Below are positions 8,074-17,493 of a stretch of DNA of 46,560 bases, piece by piece. The stretch lies in sequence record SRR22947727_1365, one strand, 5' to 3'. A program made the position numbers and the translations under genes. Numbering within the stretch: the first letter of the stretch is position 1; each line of letters starts with the position of its first letter. The notes beneath the pieces were generated by a model that did not search any database, was not told the DNA's origin, and saw only the letters and a list, made by a program, of their open reading frames with translations.

Positions 8074-9435
8074 ATGCCATTTGAAAAGTTTAAACCACCA
8101 AAGATACATGCAGCCATAGGAACAGCTATTGGTAAAGCTAACGGTGTAATCATTGCTAAAGCTAATAAATCAGTAACAGATGCTACTAATAAAATGCGAG
8201 CAAAAGGATGCCCAGGACCAACTGAACTAGCTAAATTAGATAGTAAGATGAACGGTTTAGGAGCCTTAACAGGAACATTAACTAGCTCAATGGGAGCATT
8301 TGCTGTTATACCTAAATCTTTAAAAGCACCTATAGGCGGACTTAAAGCAGCTGTTAAGATTATTCTTTCGCTTCCTATACCTCAAGCATTTCCTCACGTA
8401 CAAGTAGGTCCTCCCGGTCTTCCGGTTAACATTACAACTAAGTATGCCGATACATTAAACCTACTAAAAGAGTTTATTGCAGCGATGGAAATTACAGCTG
8501 ACGCCATTGACTTTAGTTTGAAAAATGTTGCTAATTCTGTAGCTTTAATATCAGGTAGGGTAAAAGACTTAGAAGCACCTATTAAAGCATGTAAGATAGA
8601 AAATATATTAAAATCTAAACTTACTAAAGATCAAGCTAAGAAACTAAAACTATTAGACAAAGATGGAGAATTTATTACTTCTACTCTAGGCTCTAAAGTA
8701 TTAGAGAAATCAAATACTAGACCTGCATCTGATCAAGTCAAATTAGACTTAGGAAAGGATCTAGGGATAGATATAGCTTTGAAAGGAGCTAAAGACATAG
8801 ATACAGTACTTAGATTAAAAGACTCAGCTATCACTGAAGGGATTAGTACAGGGGACGCTTATAGATTAATTCCTCCAGGTAATATTAAACTCCCAAACGG
8901 AGAAACAAAACCAATTACCGGTAAAGAGTTTGCTATTATGACTCAAGAGGGCTTAGACGAAAGTGGATTACCTATATTTGATATTAAGTTCAAAGCAGTT
9001 GAATCACTCTCTGGTGGAGGACTAACAGGTAAAGCACAAGCACTTGCTGAACTTGACACTGCACTTAATGAACTCTCTAGTAGATTAACAGCACCCTCTC
9101 TTTCCAGTGATAGCGGTACAGATTTAAACACAGCAAGTAATCAATCTCTAGATATAGCATTAGAAACACTACAAGAGATACAAAAAGCATTAACAGATTT
9201 ATCCAAAGACTTAGTAACAGAAGAAGCAGACGCAATTGACGACCCTGAACTGTACTATAAAGGATATTTATTAAAAATAGTAAAGGATCCTTCCTCTCCT
9301 AAACTAGCCCCTAAGCACTTCGCTATTGGTATAAAAGATGGAAGCACACAAATAAAAGGACCTTCTTCGTTTAGTTCATCAAAAAAAGTACTATTAGACG
9401 AAATAAAGTTCAGAATAGACAATCAACTTTCTTAA
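8074..9435 (+). CDS. Hypothetical virion-associated protein
   Basis: 453-aa ORF inside the baseplate cluster; helical Ala/Gly-rich N-terminal half. Confidence 0.7.
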   Translation: MPFEKFKPPKIHAAIGTAIGKANGVIIAKANKSVTDATNKMRAKGCPGPTELAKLDSKMNGLGALTGTLTSSMGAFAVIPKSLKAPIGGLKAAVKIILSLPIPQAFPHVQVGPPGLPVNITTKYADTLNLLKEFIAAMEITADAIDFSLKNVANSVALISGRVKDLEAPIKACKIENILKSKLTKDQAKKLKLLDKDGEFITSTLGSKVLEKSNTRPASDQVKLDLGKDLGIDIALKGAKDIDTVLRLKDSAITEGISTGDAYRLIPPGNIKLPNGETKPITGKEFAIMTQEGLDESGLPIFDIKFKAVESLSGGGLTGKAQALAELDTALNELSSRLTAPSLSSDSGTDLNTASNQSLDIALETLQEIQKALTDLSKDLVTEEADAIDDPELYYKGYLLKIVKDPSSPKLAPKHFAIGIKDGSTQIKGPSSFSSSKKVLLDEIKFRIDNQLS

Positions 9436-9441
9436 CCTAAC

Positions 9442-9449
9442 TATTTATA
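9442..9449 (+). promoter_or_regulatory. Late promoter motif TATTTATA
   Basis: Intergenic, just before ATG 9453. Confidence 0.6.
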
Positions 9450-9452
9450 TAT

Positions 9453-9893
9453 ATGAAACTCGATCAACTACGCAAAATTATACGTGAAGAAGTAAGAGCA
9501 GCAGTCAAGGAGGAGTTACAAGAAGTAATGAATGAAGCAGTTAAACATGCTTCTACTCCACAAACCGAATTTAAAAAGTTTAACGAATATAAACCCGTTA
9601 AGCAGAAAGATTTGGGAAGAACTTGGTCAACAGGGAAAATGAACCAAGGAACAGTCCCATTAGAAGAGATGATAAATCAAACAGCCTCTTCTATGACAAA
9701 AGAAGACTATAACGGTCTTATGGGAACTCCTGGAGCAGCAGCACCTAACCTCGCCTCTTCTATGGCTTCTACAATGGGGATGACTGGCAACGGTCAACAT
9801 CCTGGTTTAGATATATCTCAACTAGATTTTGTTAAATCTGCAAAAAGTATACTAGACGCATCAATGAAAAAAGACAAACATAGAGGACTATAA
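9453..9893 (+). CDS. Hypothetical protein
   Basis: 146-aa ORF, TAATG-coupled to the gp25-like gene. Confidence 0.8.
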   Translation: MKLDQLRKIIREEVRAAVKEELQEVMNEAVKHASTPQTEFKKFNEYKPVKQKDLGRTWSTGKMNQGTVPLEEMINQTASSMTKEDYNGLMGTPGAAAPNLASSMASTMGMTGNGQHPGLDISQLDFVKSAKSILDASMKKDKHRGL

Positions 9894-10303
9894 TGGCATT
9901 TGAAGTAAAAAAAATTAACCCAATAGATCGTCAGCCAAGGAAAGCAGTTGGAGTACAACTACCTTTCTCTGCTAAATCTGTTTTTACTTCTAATTACCAG
10001 ACAAAAGACTCTATAAAAAATAACCTAATTAACTTCTTTTTAACTAATAGGGGGGAAAGATATATGAACCCTACTTTTGGTTCGATCCTTAGAGAGAAAT
10101 TATTTCAAAATATTAACTCAGAGCTAGAAGATGAAATTGATGGTTTAGTAGCAGCAGCACTGGAAACTTATTTCCCTAACGTAAAAGCTATCAAAATGCA
10201 AATCGCATCAAAACCGGATAACAATTTAATTCAGTTCTATTTATCATATGAGATAGTTAATACTAATATAAAAGATGAGCTGTTAATTAATATAGAGCAA
10301 TAA
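9893..10303 (+). CDS. Baseplate wedge protein (GPW/gp25 family)
   Basis: IKNNLINFFLTNRGER.MNPTFGS.L...LF signature. Confidence 0.9.
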   Translation: MAFEVKKINPIDRQPRKAVGVQLPFSAKSVFTSNYQTKDSIKNNLINFFLTNRGERYMNPTFGSILREKLFQNINSELEDEIDGLVAAALETYFPNVKAIKMQIASKPDNNLIQFYLSYEIVNTNIKDELLINIEQ

Positions 10304-12114
10304 TGGCAGAAACTAGAGATATAAGATACATTAATAGGAACTTTGACGACTTTAAGTCACAGTTAGTAGAATATGCAAAAGCATATTTTCCTGATGCTTA
10401 CAACGATTTTGGTCCTTCTTCACCTGGAATGATGTTCATTGAAATGGCATCATATGTAGGAGATGTTCTTTCTTTCTACCAAGATAATCAACTACAGGAA
10501 ACCTTCTTACAACACGCTAAGAACCCAGCAAACTTATATGCACTAGCATATATGATGGGATATAGACCAAAAGTAACAACAGTAGCAGAAGCAGAGTTAG
10601 AAGTAACACAGTTAGTAGATGCAATAGGTACAGACTTTAAACCTAATTTCGATCAAGCTATCACTATATCAGAAAATAGTACATTGAAATCTACTTCAAG
10701 AGGCAACCAGGTATTTATACTACAAGATAAGGTAGATTTTAATTTTTCTAGTTCTTACGATCCTACCGATATAACAGTAGCTTCATTAACTAATAATGAA
10801 CCTTCTGAATTCTTATTAAAGAAGAAAGCAAAAGCATTCTCTGGTAAGATAAAAACTCGAACTGAAGCATTTACTACTTCTAATAAATTTGCTACAATAA
10901 ACATATCTGACACAGATATTATAGGTGTAGTAGATATAACTGATAGTGATGGTAATATTTGGTACGAAGTACCCTTCTTAGGTCAAGATACAATATTCTT
11001 ACCAGAAGTAAATAACGGAGTTGAAAAAGCACAAGCACCTAATTTAATGAAGCTTAAAAAAGTAACAAGGAGATTTGTTACTAGATTTACTTCTAAAGGA
11101 GTTTTACAAGTACAGTTCGGAGCAGGAATAAGCACAGAAGATGATAATGAATTCTTACCAGACCCTACTTCAATAGGATACGGTACAAGACAAGGTACTA
11201 ATCGTCTTGATTTTGCTTATGATCCATCTAACTTTCTATTCTCTAAGTCTTATGGACTTGCCCCTTCAAACACTACCTTAACAATTCGTTACATAGTAGG
11301 AGGAGGAATCGAAGCTAATGCCCCTGCTAATGCAATAACAACCATCGATGCAATAGGAACAACAGCATCAGATTCTTCTAAAGTAGCGTCTCTAACCTTT
11401 AATAACCCTAAGCCTGCATTAGGCGGTAGGGATGGTGATACGGTGCAGGAGATACGAGAGAACTCAATGAGATCCTTTGCTGAGCAGCAGAGAACAGTCA
11501 CACTTCAAGATTACACAGTACGTTCTTTATCTCTTCCAGCTATGTTTGGAAGTATAGCTAAGGTATACGTAACACAAGATAGTTCAACTAGGAGCTCTGA
11601 AACAGTTCTTAGTGATAATAGACTAGCTCTTTCTCTTTACGTATTAGCGCTAAATAACGAAGGTCAGCTAGTAAAAGCAAGCAGAACTCTAAAAAACAAC
11701 CTTAAGACATATTTATCTCAATTTATGATGTTGACTGATGCAGTTGATATTAAAGATGCATTTGTTATCAATATAGGATTGCAATTTGAGATAGTAGCGC
11801 TTCCTAACTACCAATCAAAAGACGTGTTACTCAATTGTACAGAGAAACTTAAAGAAGCATTAGGTAGAGATAAATTAACTATTAACCAACCTCTTAACTT
11901 ATCAAACTTGTACACTACATTAGATAGAGTTAAAGGAGTACAAACAGTTAAAAATATAAGCATAGTAAACAAAGCAGGTAAGAAATACTCAGAATTTGGA
12001 TACGACATTTCAGGAGCAACAAGAGATAATGTTGTATATCCTTCTTTTGATCCTTGCTGCTTCGAAATAAAATTCCCCAATCAAGATATTGAAGGGAGAG
12101 TAACAACATTATAA
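10303..12114 (+). CDS. Baseplate wedge subunit (T4 gp6/baseplate J-like)
   Basis: DFDDFK-like start, DF..SSPGMMFIEM.SYVGD.LSFY, QFGAG, GG.DGDT..EIR, Q.RTVT..DY. Confidence 0.9.
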   Translation: MAETRDIRYINRNFDDFKSQLVEYAKAYFPDAYNDFGPSSPGMMFIEMASYVGDVLSFYQDNQLQETFLQHAKNPANLYALAYMMGYRPKVTTVAEAELEVTQLVDAIGTDFKPNFDQAITISENSTLKSTSRGNQVFILQDKVDFNFSSSYDPTDITVASLTNNEPSEFLLKKKAKAFSGKIKTRTEAFTTSNKFATINISDTDIIGVVDITDSDGNIWYEVPFLGQDTIFLPEVNNGVEKAQAPNLMKLKKVTRRFVTRFTSKGVLQVQFGAGISTEDDNEFLPDPTSIGYGTRQGTNRLDFAYDPSNFLFSKSYGLAPSNTTLTIRYIVGGGIEANAPANAITTIDAIGTTASDSSKVASLTFNNPKPALGGRDGDTVQEIRENSMRSFAEQQRTVTLQDYTVRSLSLPAMFGSIAKVYVTQDSSTRSSETVLSDNRLALSLYVLALNNEGQLVKASRTLKNNLKTYLSQFMMLTDAVDIKDAFVINIGLQFEIVALPNYQSKDVLLNCTEKLKEALGRDKLTINQPLNLSNLYTTLDRVKGVQTVKNISIVNKAGKKYSEFGYDISGATRDNVVYPSFDPCCFEIKFPNQDIEGRVTTL

Positions 12115-12115
12115 T

Positions 12116-13171
12116 ATGGCAGTATATAGAATTTTCCCAGAAAAAGATACGACCATTTGGTCTAAACCAACTACTGCCGGTTTGTATGCAAATGCAGGCC
12201 TAGACGAAATATTGGAAATTCGTTCATACCCTGATGACGATGGAATAGGACGCTCTAGCCGGATACTACTTAAGTTTAAAGATCGAGAAATAAACAGTGC
12301 ACTTAGCACAAAAGTATCCGGCCCCTATTCTGCTTCTATCCATCTATATGTAGCGTACGCATCAGAAATTCCAAAAGAATATACAATAAATGCTCACCCT
12401 ATCTCATCATCTTGGGATAACGGAACAGGTAAACTAGAAGATAATCCTGTTAATAGAACAGGAGTTAACTGGAGATATAGAAGCTCTGGCGACACAAACG
12501 AATGGAATAGTTTAGGAGGAGACTTAATTACAGGGTCTTATGACGCTTCTAAATCTTTTGACTTGAAATCTAATCTCGATTTAGACATAGATGTAACTTC
12601 TTTTGTTGACGCTGTAGCAAGTGGATCAATAGAAAATAATGGACAAGCAATAAAATTAGCAGATAATTTAGAGTTTGAAACAACATCATCAATTACGTTA
12701 CAATACTTTGGAGTTGATACCAACACAGTATTTCCTCCATACATGGAATTTAAATGGAATGACTCTTCTTTTAATAGTTCACTTGATGAGCTATCAACTG
12801 ATATTGCAACCATAAGTATAAAAAACCAAAAAGAAAAGTATATAGATTCAGACAAAACTAGATTTAGAATTTCTGCTAGACCTAAGTACCCTGTAAGGGC
12901 ATTCACTACAAGCTCAATCTATCTTACTGAATATAAATTACCTCAAGATACATATTGGGCTATTAAAGATGAATACAGCGATGAAATGATTATAGACTTT
13001 GACGAGAATTACACTAAAGTAAGCGCTGATAATACTAGTAGCTATTTTGACGTTTACATGGACAGCTTGCAACCTGAAAGATACTACAGACTTCTTCTGA
13101 AAACCTCTATTGGTGGCAGTGATATTGTAATAGATCAAAGAAACGTATTTAAGGTAGTTAGACATGGGTAA
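12116..13171 (+). CDS. Virion structural protein, DNRLRE/CBM96-like beta domain
   Basis: KDTTI..., SRILLKF, I.AHPISSSW..G, W...GGD, DIDVT, N.G..IK, PPY.EF.W pattern. Confidence 0.55.
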   Translation: MAVYRIFPEKDTTIWSKPTTAGLYANAGLDEILEIRSYPDDDGIGRSSRILLKFKDREINSALSTKVSGPYSASIHLYVAYASEIPKEYTINAHPISSSWDNGTGKLEDNPVNRTGVNWRYRSSGDTNEWNSLGGDLITGSYDASKSFDLKSNLDLDIDVTSFVDAVASGSIENNGQAIKLADNLEFETTSSITLQYFGVDTNTVFPPYMEFKWNDSSFNSSLDELSTDIATISIKNQKEKYIDSDKTRFRISARPKYPVRAFTTSSIYLTEYKLPQDTYWAIKDEYSDEMIIDFDENYTKVSADNTSSYFDVYMDSLQPERYYRLLLKTSIGGSDIVIDQRNVFKVVRHG

Positions 13172-13535
13172 GAATATACAAATCAAAAAAACAGTTTACG
13201 GGAAGGATGACTACGGTAAAGTTATCGATAGAAGCTTTAGTAGCTTTAAAAAACCTGTAGCTGAAGCTGTAGAAAAAACAGTAGAACAGTTCTTTAAAGA
13301 TTATGAAGAACTTTACTTAGAAATCCCTGTTCAAGGAGATGAACAATCACACGAGTACTTATCATTAAGAAGTGGAGATCTAATTTCAATAAACGAAATA
13401 GAACAAGATATACAGCCACTATTAGATGAAATAGCAGAATTAAGACAGCAGTTACTTGATTCTCAAAATGAAATATTAGATCAAAGATTAGAAATAGCAA
13501 ACCTTATAGCAGCAAACACTGGTGGAGAAAGTTAA
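13164..13535 (+). CDS. Hypothetical coiled-coil virion protein
   Basis: 123 aa with C-terminal heptads; overlaps both neighbours. Confidence 0.75.
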   Translation: MGKNIQIKKTVYGKDDYGKVIDRSFSSFKKPVAEAVEKTVEQFFKDYEELYLEIPVQGDEQSHEYLSLRSGDLISINEIEQDIQPLLDEIAELRQQLLDSQNEILDQRLEIANLIAANTGGES

Positions 13536-16500
13536 TTACATAGTAACTAAAGCCGATATTGGTAGTACATCCTTAGAAGAAAAGGATGCGATCCTTGTTG
13601 GACCTTTCTCAATAAACAATACCTTTAATGACAGTAAAGATTTTATTGATCTTCATATATACTCACCAGAAGGAACATTACTCAAATCCCAGCTAAACTA
13701 TAAAAACAGTACTCAGTCTACCCTTTCAGCAGGTGCCGGTAAAGAAGGAGCATCTAACTTACAATTAGAACCACACAAGGATGCAATTGCGAATGGCTTT
13801 CAGAATGGAGATATAAGGTTAACTTATAACTTCTTTACTGACTTATTACACTTAAGAAAAACACCTCCTAGATTCTTTATTGAAAATATATCAGGAGATA
13901 GAACAGAAATACAATTACTTACTTTAGAGCTAACCGATGACGAATTAATACAATCAGTTGCCGAAGTAAGGTCCAAATTAGAAAATCAATCATACTTTTC
14001 TGAATTCAAGGTATCATTTGGAAATAATGATATCAGTACCGGTATTAATATAGACTTAGTAGAACACAAAGAAGGTCAATCCGTTATTGTTAAACTACTA
14101 AAACCTCTACCTAAAAAATTCGGTAAGAAAGATATATGTAACTTACTAGAAATAGTAGCAGACACTACTGCATTTGATATTAAACTTCAAGAAGTTGAAG
14201 ATAAGATCACTGTACCCTTTATTAAAGGTCCTAACTTTACTGCAGGACTAGATAATACTGCTAATAATCCAACAGAGTTTTACAACTTTGACGAATTATT
14301 TAGTTACCCAGTAACCGGCTCTTACTACGAACTCTATTCTCTTTTTAACGAAAAAGGAGCTCAAATTAGTATAGACCATTCTGATTATGGAGATTTCATA
14401 CACTTTTCTTCCGCTGAAGAAAGGCTTAGAAACTTTAAATATAAACTTGACTTAATAGATAGTTACGATAGTAATAGATCAACGGTATCATCTACGAACT
14501 ATACTAACCTAGGAGCATCAGGAAGTAAAGAATACTATGATGGGCTGATAAAAGGAATCGTAGATAATTTTGATCATTATGATAGATACCTCTATTATGA
14601 AAGCGGCTCTAACTCATGGCCTAAATCTAATAAGTTACCTCCTTATACAAATCAAATAAGTTCAACCTCAGAGGCAAGGACTTGGTTTGAAAAACAGACT
14701 GAATTAGCATCTAATTTTGATATCACAAATTACGATGTACTTACTAACTCTATACCTACTTACCTAAGAGAAGATAAAACAAACGAACCTCTCTTAATGT
14801 TTGTACATATGCTTGCACAGCATTTCGATAACTTATGGATATACTTTAAAGCAGTTTCTAATAAGTACGATGCAGATAATAGATTAGACTTTGGTATATC
14901 TAAAGACTTAGTTAGGTCTGCTATAGAAAGTTTCGGTATCAATGTTTATAACGGTAATAAAAATTTAGAGAATTTATTTGCTTCTTTTAATGGAGAATCC
15001 TACACATCTGGAAATCCTAATGAAATTATCAACCACTACATGCAGATTACATCTGGAAGTGGATTGGAGCATCTACAACCAATGCCTGCTGATAACTATC
15101 AAAAGGAGATATATAAAAGAATATACCACAACATACCTTTACTTACAAAAGCAAAAGGTACCAACAGAGGTTTAAGGGCACTTATTAACTGCTTTGGTAT
15201 ACCAGATAACTTGCTTACTATTAAACAATTTGGCGGTACTGCTATTGATGGTAATAGGCATTTTTCTACTCAACAAGGCGTTACTAGTTCACTAGATAAG
15301 ATCAGATTAGACAACTCAGGAAGTTTAGTTTCCGGTAGTACCTTATCTCTCTACAGTTCAGTTGTCGATAGAGTATATAAGTATTCTGACGATCAACATA
15401 CAGTAGAGGTAGGCTTTGACATATCAGATACAACAAATGACCTTATCCAAGCTAGAGTTAGCGGTAGTTTCGATTACGATAACTATATTGGAGACCCTAG
15501 AGATGCTAAACAATCTAGCTATAATTCACTGGATGAATTAGCTGAAAAAATCTTTACAGACGAACAAGAAGGTAGTATATACAACTACTGGAATGGAATC
15601 CAAAAAGTATGGCAAGATGCTGATTGGGATTGGAATGCTACTCCTTTTGAAGCATTTAGACAGACAGGGGACTTTATAAGACTTATTAAATTCTTTGATA
15701 ACTCTATATTCAAAGCAGTAAAAGATTTTATTCCTGCTCGTTCTAATGTGAACACTGGAGTAATAATTAAACCTCACATGCTTAATAGAAGTAAAATTAA
15801 GCAAGTAGAAGTTAGTTACGAACATACCATATATACAGGAAGTATAAAAATTGACCCTATCACAGGATCAAGTGCCGGTGCTTTCGATATGACACCTTTA
15901 ACACCTTTTACAACTAATCACTTACAGAGTGTTATTTCTCCTTTAGGTTTAGTCCATAGAAATGTAACAGACGAATCTCCAAGGTATACAGGAGAGTTTA
16001 GCGGCTCTTTATTAGTTGCTTCAGATGGTGAATTAAATAAAGGTAACCCTTTTAAATCACAAGCACAACCTATTGCTCAATTTACATTAAGAGCTTTTAA
16101 CTTCTCATTACCAATACCTCTTGCTTGTGATGTGATACTTACTATAACTAAAGTAGGAGAGTTCTACAGATTTACTCCTGTTGGACCTGGGTTAGTAGGA
16201 ATTACATATCCAATAACAGTAGGTAATAGTTCAACACCAATAAGTAGTTCAGTTGATTATGATCTATACCAATTTATTACTGCTAATGCTACACCAACAT
16301 ACCCTTACTACTTTGAAGGATGGTTTGATGGATCACAAGAGACAGATACGTTAATTCAAACATCTTCTGTTTTAACTATATATGAAGATACAAACACAGA
16401 CATAGACCATTACTTTGCTCACTTTAGTACAGAAGCAGCAAACAGAATAGTATATTCCTTCACTACTAATTATCCAGATGGAACTGCAGATGGAACTATG

Positions 16501-17151
16501 AGAGAAGGAGTCTATGGATTATTTGATTCCGTTCAATTAAATTACCCAAGCACAATACCTGCTACTGGTAGCTTCCAACATACTCAAAACTGGAACCTAT
16601 ATAGTTCACTAGCAGCAGAAGCAGTAGACGGATATAACACTTATCCATTCTTAGGCTGGTATAACTCAGCCAACAACCTACTTACTACAAGTAGTATGAT
16701 TACTATTACCTCCGGTTCATTTGGCGATACCACAGCATTCTATGCTAGATATACTCCTGCTAAACATTACTTTACGTTTAGAAACTGGTTTAGAGTAACT
16801 CATGATGGTAGTAAGATAACAGATGATGGAACTTATCAATTATTCCAAAAACGAAATAACGAGCAACTAATTACTCAGACAGCTGACAATGTAGTTAATA
16901 GCTACTTCTTAGCAGAAGAGTATAGAGCTTCTAATAACTACTATAAAGCTGCATACTATATAGATGTAGAGATAGATGGTACTTTAGGAACTGGTTATAC
17001 ATATAACTTTACGTTCCCTGAGAATACTAACCCTGATTACCACAGAGCAGTTAATTTTTATACTAACATACTAGATACATATTTATATGAAAGAAACCTA
17101 GATGGTTACCACCATAGTCCTAACACAGGGACTTTACCGGCGACTATCTAA
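13522..17151 (+). CDS. Large baseplate/tail structural protein (gp7-like region; exon 1 is 13522-17121 if the intron splices)
   Basis: 1209 aa; KAKGTNRGLRALINCFGIP wedge-type motif; two F.GW[YF] (InlB/Listeria-Bacteroides-like) repeats near the C-terminus. Confidence 0.75.
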   Translation: MEKVNYIVTKADIGSTSLEEKDAILVGPFSINNTFNDSKDFIDLHIYSPEGTLLKSQLNYKNSTQSTLSAGAGKEGASNLQLEPHKDAIANGFQNGDIRLTYNFFTDLLHLRKTPPRFFIENISGDRTEIQLLTLELTDDELIQSVAEVRSKLENQSYFSEFKVSFGNNDISTGINIDLVEHKEGQSVIVKLLKPLPKKFGKKDICNLLEIVADTTAFDIKLQEVEDKITVPFIKGPNFTAGLDNTANNPTEFYNFDELFSYPVTGSYYELYSLFNEKGAQISIDHSDYGDFIHFSSAEERLRNFKYKLDLIDSYDSNRSTVSSTNYTNLGASGSKEYYDGLIKGIVDNFDHYDRYLYYESGSNSWPKSNKLPPYTNQISSTSEARTWFEKQTELASNFDITNYDVLTNSIPTYLREDKTNEPLLMFVHMLAQHFDNLWIYFKAVSNKYDADNRLDFGISKDLVRSAIESFGINVYNGNKNLENLFASFNGESYTSGNPNEIINHYMQITSGSGLEHLQPMPADNYQKEIYKRIYHNIPLLTKAKGTNRGLRALINCFGIPDNLLTIKQFGGTAIDGNRHFSTQQGVTSSLDKIRLDNSGSLVSGSTLSLYSSVVDRVYKYSDDQHTVEVGFDISDTTNDLIQARVSGSFDYDNYIGDPRDAKQSSYNSLDELAEKIFTDEQEGSIYNYWNGIQKVWQDADWDWNATPFEAFRQTGDFIRLIKFFDNSIFKAVKDFIPARSNVNTGVIIKPHMLNRSKIKQVEVSYEHTIYTGSIKIDPITGSSAGAFDMTPLTPFTTNHLQSVISPLGLVHRNVTDESPRYTGEFSGSLLVASDGELNKGNPFKSQAQPIAQFTLRAFNFSLPIPLACDVILTITKVGEFYRFTPVGPGLVGITYPITVGNSSTPISSSVDYDLYQFITANATPTYPYYFEGWFDGSQETDTLIQTSSVLTIYEDTNTDIDHYFAHFSTEAANRIVYSFTTNYPDGTADGTMREGVYGLFDSVQLNYPSTIPATGSFQHTQNWNLYSSLAAEAVDGYNTYPFLGWYNSANNLLTTSSMITITSGSFGDTTAFYARYTPAKHYFTFRNWFRVTHDGSKITDDGTYQLFQKRNNEQLITQTADNVVNSYFLAEEYRASNNYYKAAYYIDVEIDGTLGTGYTYNFTFPENTNPDYHRAVNFYTNILDTYLYERNLDGYHHSPNTGTLPATI
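17080..17087 (+). promoter_or_regulatory. Late promoter motif TATTTATA, just upstream of the intron 5' splice site
   Basis: Exact motif inside the 3' end of the CDS, ending 34 nt before the splice site. Confidence 0.45.
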
Positions 17152-17387
17152 TAATAAGTCCGATTTAAACTGGGTGAATTGCTGGAAACTCTTTAGAGCT
17201 TTAACTACCAAAGCGTAACAATGTTAAAGATTAGACAATCAGCAGCCAAGCTACAAGCCATCTTGTAGAAGGTTCAGAGACTACTGGAGGGAAAATGGGT
17301 TCCCTTAATAACCAGAATTAGCGCCCAGCAGGAGTAATCCTGATGATATAGTCCGATCTTCATGGAGACATGAAGCTAACATAAATG
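17122..17387 (+). ncRNA. Group I self-splicing intron (IA-like, ORF-less, 266 nt)
   Basis: P AATTGCTGGAAA 17177-88; Q AATCAGCAGCC 17237-47; R GTTCAGAGACTA 17272-83; S ATGATATAGTCC 17343-54; P1 AGTCCT/GGGACT with U.G; P3 CTGGGTG/CGCCCAG; P5a CTTTAAC/GTTAAAG; P6a CTACAAG/CTTGTAG; P7.1; P8 and P9 GNRA hairpins; terminal ...CATAAATG. Confidence 0.93.
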
Positions 17388-17426
17388 GTGATACAGAAAG
17401 CGGAAAGCGGACCTTCGGGCGAGTGA
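17388..17426 (+). CDS. Predicted exon 2 of the 13522 gene (VIQKAESGPSGE*)
   Basis: In frame after ligation CCT^GTG (exon 1 is exactly 1200 codons). Confidence 0.45.
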   Translation: MIQKAESGPSGE

Positions 17427-17493
17427 GTAGGTGAGTAGGTGTATAGGGCTTCGGTCTGGCGGATTAAATACCATTACAAACGAATAAAGTAAG

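Noticed and set aside
17141-17160. Alternative 5' splice site at GACT^ (17145), pairing with AGTC
   Set aside because: Gives a U-A pair, not U.G; the helix fits better as P2, and the 17121 site has a canonical 6-bp P1
17340-17400. CTGATGA...GAAA resembling a hammerhead ribozyme core
   Set aside because: The CTGATGA is the P8/J8-7 part of the group I intron, and the required hammerhead stems are not evident
17409-17460. UUCG hairpins as T4-style intrinsic terminators
   Set aside because: Short stems with no following U-tract
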